A stretch of 48,608 nucleotides of DNA, filler included, from Jimgerdemannia flammicorona (Eukaryota): NCBI GenBank assembly GCA_003990765.1. It is 2 parts of 2 records of this genome, joined end to end, with 100 filler letters (N's around TTAATTAATTAA, not from the genome) between each part and the next. Parts side by side here need not be neighbours in the genome. Positions count along the whole stretch, not along the records: positions 24,356 to 48,608 come from RBNJ01000999.1; 1 more part is not named here. One strand, written 5' to 3'. Positions 37,313 to 48,608 of this stretch are shown one piece after another. The notes under the pieces are model-generated. The model was given only the letters and a program-made list of their open reading frames with translations, did not search any database and had not been told where the DNA came from. The position numbers and the translations under genes are program-made. How positions within the stretch are numbered: the stretch's first letter is position 1; the number at the start of each line of letters is the position of its first letter.

Positions 37313-40300
37313 ATGCCTCCGAAACCCCGTAAGAACAAACGCCAGGCGGAGTCAGACGAGCTATCCGCACTCGAGCAGAGATCCAAAGATCCCGTACGTT
37401 CCTCCTATCATACCCCACATCCATCCCATTACACATTTCGTACTCTCCTTACCTTATCGCGATCGATTTTCAGGATGCGTTTGCCACGGCCACGCTCTTC
37501 TCCGAGCTGCCCTTATCCATACGAACACAGGAAGGCCTCAAACGCGCCAACTTTATAGAACTGACAGATATTCAGCGCAAGGCGATACCCCTTGCTCTGG
37601 CGGGCAGAGATATCCTTGGTGCAGCGAAAACTGGTAGTGGCAAGACCCTCGCTTTTCTTGTTCCGGTAAGGTTCTTAGAGGAAATTTTTTCCAGAAGTCT
37701 TGACCTTTCGCCGATTCTTTGTAGTTTTTGGTGGTTAATGGGCGGCAATCCGCGTCTTACACCGGGAAAACGTCACAGATACTTGAACTCTTGTACCGTG
37801 CCAAATGGAGCCAATTTGATGGGCTTGGTGCTTTGGTAATTTCTCCCACCCGCGAGCTGGCTGTTCAGATATTTGAAGTGCTCAAAAAGATTGGGAGGCA
37901 GCATTTGTTGTCCGCTGGTCTTATCATTGGTGGCAAGGACCTTATCATCGAGCAGGAACGGGTGAACCGAATGAATATACTTGTGTGTACCCCGGGAAGA
38001 TTATTGCAACATATGGATCAGACTGTGGGCTTTGATTGCGGTAATTTACAGCTGTTAGGTATGTATATATGGCCGAACTGTCGCATGTGCATAGATATGC
38101 GTGAATACTTCGGATTGTGAGCAGGTAATTTGAATAGCTCAGCATTCGAATCATGGGCGGGGAGGCCAAAGAACTTACCTGCGCCGTTCACGAAGGATAA
38201 ACCAATGGGCATGAGATGCCATTTTCAACAACTTCACGAGCAGGAAGATGAAACCGGCATGTACAAATCATTTCTAGTTCTTCTTCATAATGCCTTTTTT
38301 TCTTTCTTTCTCGTTTCCTGTAGTGCTGGATGAAGCTGACAGGATTTTGGATATGGGATTCGAAAAAACACTTAATGCCATTATCGATAACTTGTCGAAA
38401 CAGCGACAAACGCTACTATTTTCTGCGACACAAACCAAGTCCGTACGTGATCTGGCAAGATTAAGTCTAAAGGTTCGGTTGACATGCACGCACTCTCACG
38501 CCTTTTCTATGTTTTTATTTGTAATTACTGTGGCGACCATGCATTGAATCTGGAATCCATCATGAACAATCACAGAATCCCGAATACGTCGCTGTTCATG
38601 AGAAATCCGAGTTCAGCACGCCGCAAAAGCTCGCGCAGCATTACCTCGTCTGCGACCTACCCCAAAAACTTGACGTTCTCTTTTCTTTCATCAAAACCCA
38701 CTTGACATGCAAAGCTATCGTATTCCTTTCGGCCTGTAAACAGGTTCGGTTTGTCTTCGAAGCTTTCTGCCGCCTGCACCCAGGGGTACCTTTATTGCAT
38801 CTCCATGGCAAACAAAAACAAACAAAGCGCGTCGAGATTTTTGCCAAATTTGTGTCGATGAAGTCGGCATTTTTGTTCGCAACCGACATTGCCGCGCGTG
38901 GGTTGGACTTTCCAGCTGTTGACTGGGTACTACAGCTCGATTGTCCTGAGGATGCAGATACTTATATTCATCGCGTTGGGAGGACGGCGAGATTTGATGC
39001 TGCAGGGCAGGCGTTACTGTTTTTATTGCCGTCGGAGGAGGAGAAAATGTTGGAACTGCTTAAGACGAAAAAGATACCTGTGGAAAAGATCAAAGTGCGG
39101 CAGAGCAAACAGCAGAACGTGCAGAAGCAGCTACAAAGTCTCTGTTTCCAGGATCCGGAGATTAAATATCTGGGTCAAAAGGTCTGTAAGTCAACAAAAA
39201 TGATGATTTTGTGGGCAATGCGACTCCCTCTTTCGTAAATATGTATTTGAGGCCGACACTGATATGAATGATCGTTTAACCGTTATATATACACCAGGCT
39301 TTCATATCATACATGCGATCCGTATACCTGCAGAAGGATAAATCCGTCTTCAAGGTGCATGAGCTCCCAACCGAGGAATATGCTACCGCGCTCGGGTTGC
39401 CAGGTACACCAAAGATCAAATTTATCACGGTAAGTTTTCTTACGTTCACTTCGCCCATTGCTTTTGAGAAGAGTCGTGATTCTAATAATCCTGTGTTTAT
39501 ATTTATCCATCCCTGTCACCAATATGGCACCCATAACAGAAATCCCACGCTAAAAATGCGACAAGGCAAGTGCCCAAAGAGGTAGAAGAACTAGATTCTT
39601 CAGAGGAAGTGGAAAGTGAAGTAGAGGAACGAAGGTTGATGCGAAAGAAAAATGAGATAAATACTGAATCGTCAACAGATGATAGTGAGTCAGAAGGAAA
39701 AGGAAAAGGGAAACGACAATTGAAGAAAAATTATGCGAGTAAACCGCACGAAGACGATGACGTTGAAGAAGAGAAGAAATCGAAGGTCTGTAAACTGCAT
39801 GCACATATGCTGTCTGCTCTTTTATCTTCCGTTCCTAATCGCACATTTTAACCCCTCCCTTTCTCTTCCCTCCCCCACGCTTTTCGTTCTCGCAGGTGGT
39901 GAAACCGAAGACTAAGGTCGATCGAATGTTTAATCGGAAGAATCAAGACATCTTGTCAGTACATTATGGAAGGTTGATTGACCGCGAGGGCGACAAAATC
40001 GTGGCCAATGAGGACGACGACGAAGATAATTTTATCACACTCAAGAGGGTAAACCATGAGTTGGAAGACGGGGAGGAGGTATTTAACTACACTTTTGCCG
40101 AATTCCTTTTTACGTTATAACCATGCAAAATGGATTCGTAACGCTTGGTTTCCTTTCTTTCTTGCATTGTTTCCATCACTTTCAGGCAATGTTACCAATG
40201 TCAAAACGGCAATTAAATAAGACAAAGAAAGAGAGGATCAAGGATCTACCAAAAGGGGAAAGAATTGTTTTCGACGACGAAGGCAGGGTAAGTGCCTGGC

Positions 40301-40937
40301 AATTTTCTTATGTTCGTATTAACATTCCCTCAGTGAAAGAAGAAAAGCCTCAATGTCAAACAACTAACCAAGTAATCCTCCACCCCTATCTCCCCACACA
40401 TATGAAAGCCGCATCAAATATACGAGATGCAGGATGAAAAGGATTTCCTGAAGGCCGGCGATACCAAAACACAAATTCGCAGGTTCCTACAGGAGTCGTC
40501 CGAGGCAATGACGACGGCGGACGCTACGGACAAGGAAGTTGCAAAGGAAAAGAGGCGGCAGAAGAAAGCCGAAAGGAAGGCGAAAGCGAGAGAAATGGTC
40601 TGTATCTCTATTGATATTATTTGTACTCCTCATCACCGTTGGACGTTATATCGTCAACCCATATCAAAACGCTTGGTTCTCATCTCAACTCAATCATTCT
40701 CAGGAGGGCGTCGATCCAAGCGAAACTTACTCAGAGAATGAGGAAAACGCTGCGACGATACAATTTTCGGATGGCGAGCCCGAAGAGAAACCAATTTCCA
40801 AGACCAAGCGGTGGTTTCAAAATGACGAGGAAGATGAAGCGAAGACAAGGAAGAAAAAGAGAGTTCTCGAAATCGAGCAGCCCCAGACGCTGGAGGACCA
40901 AGAGGCATTAGCGTTGAGGCTGTTGGGCAGTTTATGA
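37313..40937 (+). CDS. DBP4: DEAD-box RNA helicase Dbp4/DDX10
   Basis: [114 protein letters not shown]. Confidence 0.96.
38099..38268 (+). ncRNA. Candidate intronic H/ACA-box snoRNA in a DBP4 intron
   Basis: Hairpin 1 (CGTGAA/TTCACG and GCAGGTAA/TTACCTGC), ANANNA at 38199-38204, hairpin 2 (ATGCC/GGCAT, CTTC/GAAG), ACA at 38263-38265; the host intron (~264 nt) is longer than the other DBP4 introns. Confidence 0.5.
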
Positions 40938-41107
40938 TATCTGACGAAATTTGATGCCCTCCACCAAGATTAATAACGTCACTCGTACAGATTACAACGC
41001 CAGTGTGATAGTAAAGATTCGCATTATCGATGTGGCAGAGTTAGATCATCTAAATGACCACATAATTCTCAAGGGTTACAGTAGAAATGACCCGTGTGAT
41101 ATAATTA

Positions 41108-43917
41108 CTAGTGGGGCAAGATTCGGCACGGATCTAGGGTTTTAACTACAGCATTATGTTGGTTCAATTTCATTTGCTGCATCGACAACCATTTGCGGTA
41201 CGAAGTTGTTTTTCCTGCCACCCTCGGCGCGACTTCGTTAATAAACCATTTTGCATCTTCGACATTTCTTTCATTGATGGCCAAATCAATAAAACCACGA
41301 ACCGTATCTCTCGTGACGTATAACTCTTGGCTCTGTTCTGCATACGTCGCGAACACATCGCGCAAAACCGATAGATTTTGCGAGCGGAGCAGAGAGGTGA
41401 GATAGAGATCAATAATCCTAGTGTCTGTCGTGGTGTACGGACCAGAGGGAAAAGGTACAATTGGTGCGCATTCCGCAACAGGGATAGGGATTTTGGCGGT
41501 CCGTTCGAACCGCGACATTACGAATTCATTAAAGATTTCCTGAACCTTGCCGTGGTCAACACCTGCGTGAACTAAGTAAGATATCACTTCTGTCCACAGA
41601 AAGTTGTCATATTTGACATCGCGTTGTGCTGCCTCCTCTAGCAGGCGGAATCCTTCATTCTCGAGCCCGCGGATTAAGAAGCACGCACGGATCAGCGGGG
41701 TGTAGAAAAGTGGGCTGTCGTCGTGCGGCCAAACCTTGCGGCTATCGGCATGTAACTGCTTGTTCGCCGGAAAAATATCTACCTTCATCGCCTCTATCAC
41801 TTCGCGTGCGGTGACCACGTCCTGGGACGCGATGCAGCAGTCGAGTAGCGACTCATAAATGCCCCATGATATCCGAACCGGAGGAGTTTCGCGAGCCATC
41901 TGGTGTCGCACTACTGTCAAGGCGTATCGTGCCTGATCCACATCCAACGAACATAGTGCGAAGATACGCTGGTATAAACCAACATTACGATGTATGCCTT
42001 TAAATTGCATTTCACGCCAGCGATTCCAAAGAGCATGATACTGACCGCTAACACCCAGACATGTGAAGAGTGTCTTCAATGTGATACGATCGTGGGAGAC
42101 TTTGGAGTCACGCATGATACGCTCGATATCGAAGATGCGGGGATCAACGTATAAAGTCTTTAATGGCTTTGCCCACACGCCTGATAATTTTCGTCGCAGG
42201 TGAAAATTGTCAGAATTATACTGAGCGTTGTGAGGCTTTGCCCACACGCCTGATAATTTTCGTCGCAGGTGAAAATTGTCAGAATTATACTGAGCGTTGT
42301 GAGGCAAGCAAGCCTCAAATAGAACTTGAAAGATAGATTGATGATTCGTGTTTACCCCAGCGTTCTCCATGCGCTGTAACACCTGTAGGGCTTTATCTAG
42401 CCGTACGTTTCCCAAGCGAGTATCAAATTCGTGAGTTCGCGCGTATCCACGCATCAGATTGAAAAAGGTACCGAAGTCGAGTTGCAGGCCGCGAGTTTGC
42501 ATTTCCGTAAAAATGTCCTCGGTGGTCGACATCGGAAACTGTTGATGATTGATGCGGTTGGCGAGTATGTTGTATTCTATCATAAGATTGTATGTTTGAG
42601 TACCCAGCAGAGCGGCATCAGCGCGGGAGATCTCGCCCGTCAATTCTCGGTACGAATCATGGAGGGGTTGCACACGTTGTTCGACGCGCGAAAGGCGTCT
42701 ATTCAGCCCGGTTACCCCGACTTCGGACGCAAACTCGATCACGTATTTCTCGAGAGCCACTTTATGCGCGAGAGTTAACACAGGCAGAAAGAGAGATTTA
42801 GCATCCACTGCGATAGCATCAGAGTTTTGTCTCGTGACGTTTTCATCTGCAATTTGCTTCACCTCTGGCAGGTTCCCCTGATAAGCGTGATTACGTGCAA
42901 GGGTATACCAAAAATCGTTCGATGGGGTATATCCTTGCGATGCTGCCTGTCGCAGAATCTCTTCCGATTTCGCCTGAAAACCAGCGGATGCGAAGCTCAA
43001 CGCCAGTAATTCGGTGATCTGGGAGGAAGGAGGCATTTGGGGCTCGGCCAGATTACGCTTGTATTTTTCCAGTTGGTCGATTCGTCTTAGGATGCCATTC
43101 GCCTTTCGAACGGAACGAGAAAGGCAGGTACGGTAAGACAATGGAACTATGTGAGCACATAACATGATAAAGTTTTATGTGAAAAGAAGCTAGTTACCTT
43201 GAGCATGAGGCACAATGTCTCCTCGTTTCCCAATCGCAAGGGATCAAATCGCTCTTCCAACGCGTCGATAAGCAAACCCAACTCGTTCCTGCGATATGAC
43301 GACCCTAACTTCAAAGATGCTTTCAGTATTTTGTTCCAAGCCTCGATGTCCGACAGTATCTCTGGTGGCAAGGGGGACCGGCTAGCATCGTGAAACCACT
43401 CGGCGACCTTGGCAATGTCATCCACGGCGTGAAAATCTAACGACGCAACTTTAAGCAAGAGAGAGTAGATCTCCTGGATTGGTGTCACAGCACTTGCGTG
43501 CCTCGAGTCAGCTTGCAAGCGCTCTACGGCCTCGACGGCCTTGCTGAAATTGAGGTTCGCAACACAGCCTTTCAGAAACGTATGGTAAACTTCCAAAGAA
43601 GGCTGGATGTTTTCAGAGCTTAGGCTCGCGTATTCGGCAAAGACACCAGCAATGTTGCCGTTATCGAGATGCTGCTTCATGCGAGCTGCATATAATTGCA
43701 CACTTTCAAAGCCTGTTTTCAGCGGCATTGAGACAGGCGAAGATTGTACATGGTGAAAGGTGTTGTCAGCTTTGGTAGTGAGGCAGGGTGGAGCGAACCG
43801 ACAAGTGGGAGACGCACTTCTCATGGCGGGTCTGAGAAAAGGAAGTGTTGTGACGGTAAAACTTAGGCGGGAGCGAGTCCACAAGGGACGGAGGCGAGCT
43901 GCGGGGTTGAGCAGCAT
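41108..43917 (-). CDS. Mitochondrial PPR/helical-repeat protein (2 exons)
   Basis: Arg-rich presequence MLLNPAARLRPLWTRSRL; PPR-like units (PSLEVYHTFLKGC, TQTYNLMIEYN, DFGTFFNLMRGYAR, GIYESLLDCC); intron ~43103-43197. Confidence 0.8.
42165..42305. repeat. Exact in-frame 69-bp tandem duplication inside the PPR-like gene
   Basis: PHNAQYNSDNFHLRRKLSGVWAK twice; GGC microhomology at the ends. Confidence 0.95.
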
Positions 43918-44044
43918 TACGATTCGCAAGGAAGGAAAAAATAGAGAAGCGTTTGGTTTTTTCGGACTGTTGCAAAACAACCGTCACAAAAATTGAGTTA
44001 TTGACCATCATTGTCGATAAAATTGCTATTACAACAACAGCAAC

Positions 44045-45868
44045 TTAGGAAAGGATCTCCAGCCTCCACTCCCCATGCCCATTTTGAAATAGCCCAACCC
44101 TCTTGCCCTCCTTGTCCAAACTGATCCGCCCGGCTTCCAAAATTGCCGTCGTGATCGTTGTGTTCCTGATTGTCGGGTTGCCTGAATTCTTGTCAACTTC
44201 CGCCACTGTGCGCCGACCGGCATTCACATCCCGGCACACGTCCACGAATGCCTCGAGGCTCTGGTACCCGTATCCATTTTGCCCAGAGTAGTAGCCGTCG
44301 TCGTCAGCCGTGTACTTCATGTAAAGTGGGTTATACGAGTTTTGACCAGCGTCGTCCGTGGTTACAGTATATCCACGATGGGCTTGGTCAACCCGAACTT
44401 CTCCTCCGGCGCTCATGCAATGGAAATACTGTTGTGAATGCACATCAGACCCCAGCGGCGCCGCCCAAGATGCGGTGTAAATTGCCGTTCCTAAGTTGCC
44501 AGTCTTGATTGAGCGCCACTGCGTCACCAGCGTGATGGTATCCTGAAGGAGAAAACGTCTTAGTGAAAAAAAAAAAAAAAAAAAAAAAAAAAACGCTACG
44601 AAAGCGAGATTGCCGCCGATTATGCACCTCAGTTCCTGCAACACATTTATATGGCTCTGAAGTGGCAGTTCCTGTCGCCGCTGATGCGGTGACGCTCATA
44701 GGTTCTGCTAGGCCTATACGTTTGATGGTTTAAAATACTCTCAACACATGTACACGTATAAAAACAAACATACTATCGCCGTATTGGTTCAACGACATTA
44801 TGCGAGACATGGGAACATACCTTCCATAGCCCAACAATGGATGTCGATGTGATGCGAGTTGAGATAGTAGCTGATATATACGGAGAGTTCACAATTGATT
44901 AAACCAACCTTAAGTCACCCCAAATCACACGTTAACCCTTCCTACCTAATATCGGAGTCTCTGCCTGCCCAATCCTTGAATGTCCAAAGCTGCTTCTTCG
45001 GCTGACTCATGTAGCTATAGTAATAACCAAAATCTCCCATTTTGCGTATGCGTGCCACGGCGTCAGCATACACGGGGTCCCATCGCTTGTGGTGTTCGAC
45101 CATGACGACCACATTGTGTCGCTTGGCTTCCTCCACCAGAGTCTGATGGTGCGCAAGAAGTTTCACAGCGGGTTTGGCGACAAGCACGTGAATTCCACGC
45201 TGGACAGCGTAAAGCGCGATTTCATAGTGGGTCGAGTCTACCGAAGAGATGTATCAACCGTACGAATTTGATGTCAGTGCCAATTCCATTGAACCGACAA
45301 CGCAGAAAGCACGGTTGCTACTTCGCATCATATTGTTTCAACAAACGTACCAGGAGTAAAAATGGTGATGGCATCACCCGGGGACAGAGATTCGATGGCC
45401 GCTTTGTCTAGAAATCCCAAACAGAAGGCAAGTGTATCAGCGATTCTCGATTGGCCCAACACACCATAAATTACACTTACAAGATTGAGGATCCTTTTGA
45501 TTGTCTCCAGGGAACGTCTGGACACTGACATCCATGTCCCGGTAAACGCCGGCAATGTTCTTTTGCAGGTGCTCGCGGATCGCCGGGAACTTGGTACCAT
45601 TGGTGCCCGCGAGGGATAAATGGTTAACCTTGCCGCGACGGCGGAGGTCGAACATGACCAAGCCGACAACACCGACTTTCTTGTCGGAGGTAGAAGCGGT
45701 TCCGCTTGACGTCCAACCGGTGGTGTACTCACCTAATATGAAAAGTAAACGGAAACGGGATATGAATGACATTCCTCTTTTAAAAGGAATTGGACAGGAG
45801 AGGGCAACATACTAGGTACACTTACCAGTCCCGACCATCAGCACGTTGAGCTTCTTGAAATCAACCAT
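44045..45868 (-). CDS. gaaA: D-galacturonate reductase (Gfo/Idh/MocA family), multi-exon
   Basis: VLMVGTGEYTTG, SDKKVGVVGLVMFDLRRRGKV, ITIFTPD, VEHHKRWDP, YSYMSQPKKQL, WAGRDSDISYYLNSHHID, GQNGYGYQS, TTAILEAGRISLD match fungal GaaA. Confidence 0.9.
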
Positions 45869-46010
45869 TTTTTAAAGATTTGAAACGAAGGTGTGGAATA
45901 ATGTAGTCCTCAAATCACGAAATAATATATTCAAACCCCCGTCACATGCGCAATATGCTGCATGGGTTTAAACTCTCCAAACTGGAACAGGAAAGCAGAC
46001 GCGTTTGGCA

Positions 46011-46051
46011 GCCGCTGTGCCACTCTGCCGCTGTGCCACTCTGCCACTGTG
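46011..46051. repeat. 16-bp tandem repeat upstream of gaaA
   Basis: GCCGCTGTGCCACTCT x2.5. Confidence 0.8.
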
Positions 46052-46139
46052 GAATCATTGCCCTGTGACATCATCGTTTCAATTAAATCATATATCCGAC
46101 TAATGCCTAAGGACAGCTCCATCCAACAAAGCTATATTA

Positions 46140-46635
46140 CCTTAGAGCTTTTAATAAATTAGATCAATTCTAATATATTAGATTTTTTCATTATAACTTA
46201 ATATTATTATTTAATTTTAAAGATTTTAAATTTGTTGAAAACCTTATAAGAAATATTTGATATTTAAATTGAAAATACCTTGTTTAAATATTTTTCAATT
46301 AAAATAATTTGATTTGTTTAAAATATTAATTATTGTATTTTTAATTAAAAATATATATTTAATATAAATAAGGTTTAAAGTATAATATATCAAATTAATT
46401 TATTAATATATAATTTTATTAATATGAATTTATTAGAATTAAATCCAAATTAAATCCAATTTATAATTATATATAAAAGACTTTTTAATTACTTTATAAT
46501 AATATAAATAGTTAAAACTTATTAAATAAGTAAATAATAAACTTTATAAATAATATGTATTATATACTGAAATAGATTATATTAGTAAATTTCTATAAAG
46601 TTTTAAACAAGTTACTGATATGCTCATTAAATAAT
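46140..46635. mobile_element. Extremely AT-rich CpG-free island, probable decayed TE
   Basis: Sharp compositional boundaries, no ORF. Confidence 0.5.
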
Positions 46636-47282
46636 CAACCCCTTCCAAAATATTATTGATGGCTTGTGGATAGTATATCATAAGAAACAGGATGGTTTGG
46701 TAATGTCGCGACTAAATAGTGTTTAATGTACCCACAAACCGCAAAAGCAAGGCTTTTTTTTACCCTACCCAGGCTTCCGGCCGTCGTCCGCCATCTCATC
46801 TTCCCAACCTCGCGACCGACCGGTGCCATCTTTCGACCTGTGTACAGTCTGATTCGGCACTTCATCGACTACGGTGGGCGGCGTGTGGGATGGGTTGCTT
46901 TGAGTGGTCGACTGCAATTCTTGGGTAATGGGCTTACAAACAGGCTCTCTGTGCCGAAGAATGGATGTATGTGCGTGACGTCAGCAGACTCGATCCTTTC
47001 GGCTAGTTGTCTCCAAAAATAAAAATAAATGAAAAATACTCTTGAGATCTGCCTTAAGCAAGCACGGATGATATTATTGTGCATAGTTACAATTCATTGA
47101 CTATTGAAATATCTATGTTGGTATATATGACGCCATGGTTTCCAGGAACAACCCCTCAGTCGCTGACGTCATGAAACATTCATTTATTGTTTTTTTTTTT
47201 TAAGGAACTGATCCCGCTCCTCTCAGCCTATCTCTCGCTTTTGTATCCATCACGCTCTCTTGATCGGAGCAACGTACACGGT

Positions 47283-48115
47283 TTATTTGGAAAGAGCAGC
47301 CTGCAAAGCCTCGTAGACCTCAACCTCGACCTTGGCCAGGGCCTGGTCCTCTTCGGTCCCGCCGCTTGAGGCGGCGCGCTGGGCCTCGGCGAGACCAGTT
47401 TTCACAGCCTGCGCGATTGAAAAAGAAAATGGTAGTGATTGGTACATGAAACCTCGCTTGGTTGTATTACTGATCAACAAGGCACAGTGGAAGTTCCTTA
47501 CTTCTGCGGAGAAATCCTCAAGGGAAAAGGCCTCAACGGCGTTGATGTTCAGGGAGGAGTCTGGGTTGATGGTTGCAAAGCCGCCACTCACTTGAGATAG
47601 CCGACCGAAAATGAGAAATGAAGCGGAAATACAGATTAGTTCCGTGGGTGGAACTGAGAGTGCCCGATCTCGCATGATCTGCGCTCCTTGTGCCGTCAAT
47701 TTCACATCTCTTGGTAATCCCATTCCCACTCACCGAACCATTTTTTAACAGTGGTAGAGTTCTCAAGGACCTCCACAACACCAGGCTTAAGTTGCTCGAT
47801 GGTGGGGACGTGGTTGGCGAGGATACCCATGTCACCAGAAGTAGCAGCCAGATTGACCTGCTGAACGTCAACGTTCTTGTAGATGGACTGGGTATTTTTA
47901 TTTTATTTTATTTTATTTTTGGGGGGGGAGGGTGTTAGGTAATTTCTGTTTACGCGACGCACATACAGCAAACGGCTCTCGGGTGGTACCTGGTGGGGGA
48001 CGACGAAATTCAGACGCAGCTTCTCGCCAACAGAGGCCTCGGAGGCGTAGTAGCGGGCCAAGGGGCTCCTGAAGGCGACGGCGGCGGCCCTTGCGGAATT
48101 TGTAAGGACGTTCAT
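47283..48115 (-). CDS. ATP16: Mitochondrial ATP synthase F1 delta subunit
   Basis: Presequence then KLRLNFVVPHQ, QVNLAATSGDMGILANHVPTIEQLKPGVVEV, SGGFATINPDSSLNINAVEAFSLEDFS, AKVEVEVYEALQAAL. Confidence 0.96.
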
Positions 48116-48317
48116 GGTCTTGGCAGGAGTAAGATATGTGTGTGATGAGTGTGATGATCCTTTGTTGACCCGTCACGATCAAGTGAGAGTGAGGAGTGAC
48201 GTAGGCGGTTCGGGCCAATGGTGCACTGGGACACCCCCTGGTCTGTTTCGTCCCTCTCAATCACAAACATTTTTTCCTGTCTGGTCAACCCTTTCCTATC
48301 CCCCCTCTTAGTTAAAC

Positions 48318-48444
48318 ATGTATCTCGCCCGTTCCCTCGGTCGACTCAGAGCCCCTGTGGCTCGCGCTTGCCGCGTGAACACCACCTCTGCCTTCGTCGC
48401 CAATGCCGCTCTCAGGCCTGCCGCTGTCCAAGCTACCTGGAAAG
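48318..48444 (+). CDS. First exon of a probable mitochondrial protein gene (partial; continues beyond the window)
   Basis: MYLARSLGRLRAPVARACRVNTTSAFVANAALRPAAVQATWK then AAAG|GTAAAC donor; Arg/Ala-rich, no acidic residues. Confidence 0.65.
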
Positions 48445-48608
48445 GTAAACATTCAAATTCGTTCTACCACTGCTCCCACCCCACCACCCACCCCCTCCCC
48501 CAACCCTCATGCACACCGCCGCTACACCCATGCTCGCCTCGGTCATCACCTCCCTTTCCTCAACTGACGCTCCTCTCGGGCCGTCCAACCGCGGAGGGAA
48601 TAACCCCC

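Noticed and set aside
39200..39262. Possible C/D snoRNA (ATGATGA...CTGA) in a DBP4 intron
   Set aside because: Only 63 nt, no clear terminal stem or C'/D' boxes, and only ~8 bp of possible LSU complementarity
46653..47084. Short ORFs between the AT island and ATP16
   Set aside because: No motifs; probably intergenic
26312..48115. U12-type introns
   Set aside because: No RTATCCTT donors seen at the introns I traced

Overview
Intron-rich eukaryotic DNA from an early-diverging fungus, most likely Mucoromycota (Endogonales-like). This is inferred from gene families, intron density and composition and is not verified. The window is two contigs of about 24.25 kb each, joined by an artificial N-TTAATTAATTAA-N linker (24256-24355). 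The left contig is accessory DNA. It holds three paralogous 7-exon genes for signal peptide + kelch propeller + TM + repetitive cytoplasmic tail proteins, and decayed genes (MCT-type MFS transporter, multi-TM protein, amidohydrolase). It also holds a ~7 kb CpG-free island containing a hypermutated Ty3/Gypsy element with dUTPase and an extra 3' ORF, plus the end of a second LTR element. The right contig is mostly housekeeping: COPI beta (SEC26), a decayed lineage-expanded gene, an RS/RD-rich RRM gene head-to-head with DBP4, a mitochondrial PPR-like gene, D-galacturonate reductase gaaA, ATP16 and the first exon of another mitochondrial gene. The most notable observations are a NELF-E-like protein, RIP-like C-to-T hypermutation outside Dikarya, a receptor-like kelch family with variable binding loops and variable-number tail repeats, and a candidate intronic H/ACA snoRNA. 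All exon models and alignments were done by eye.
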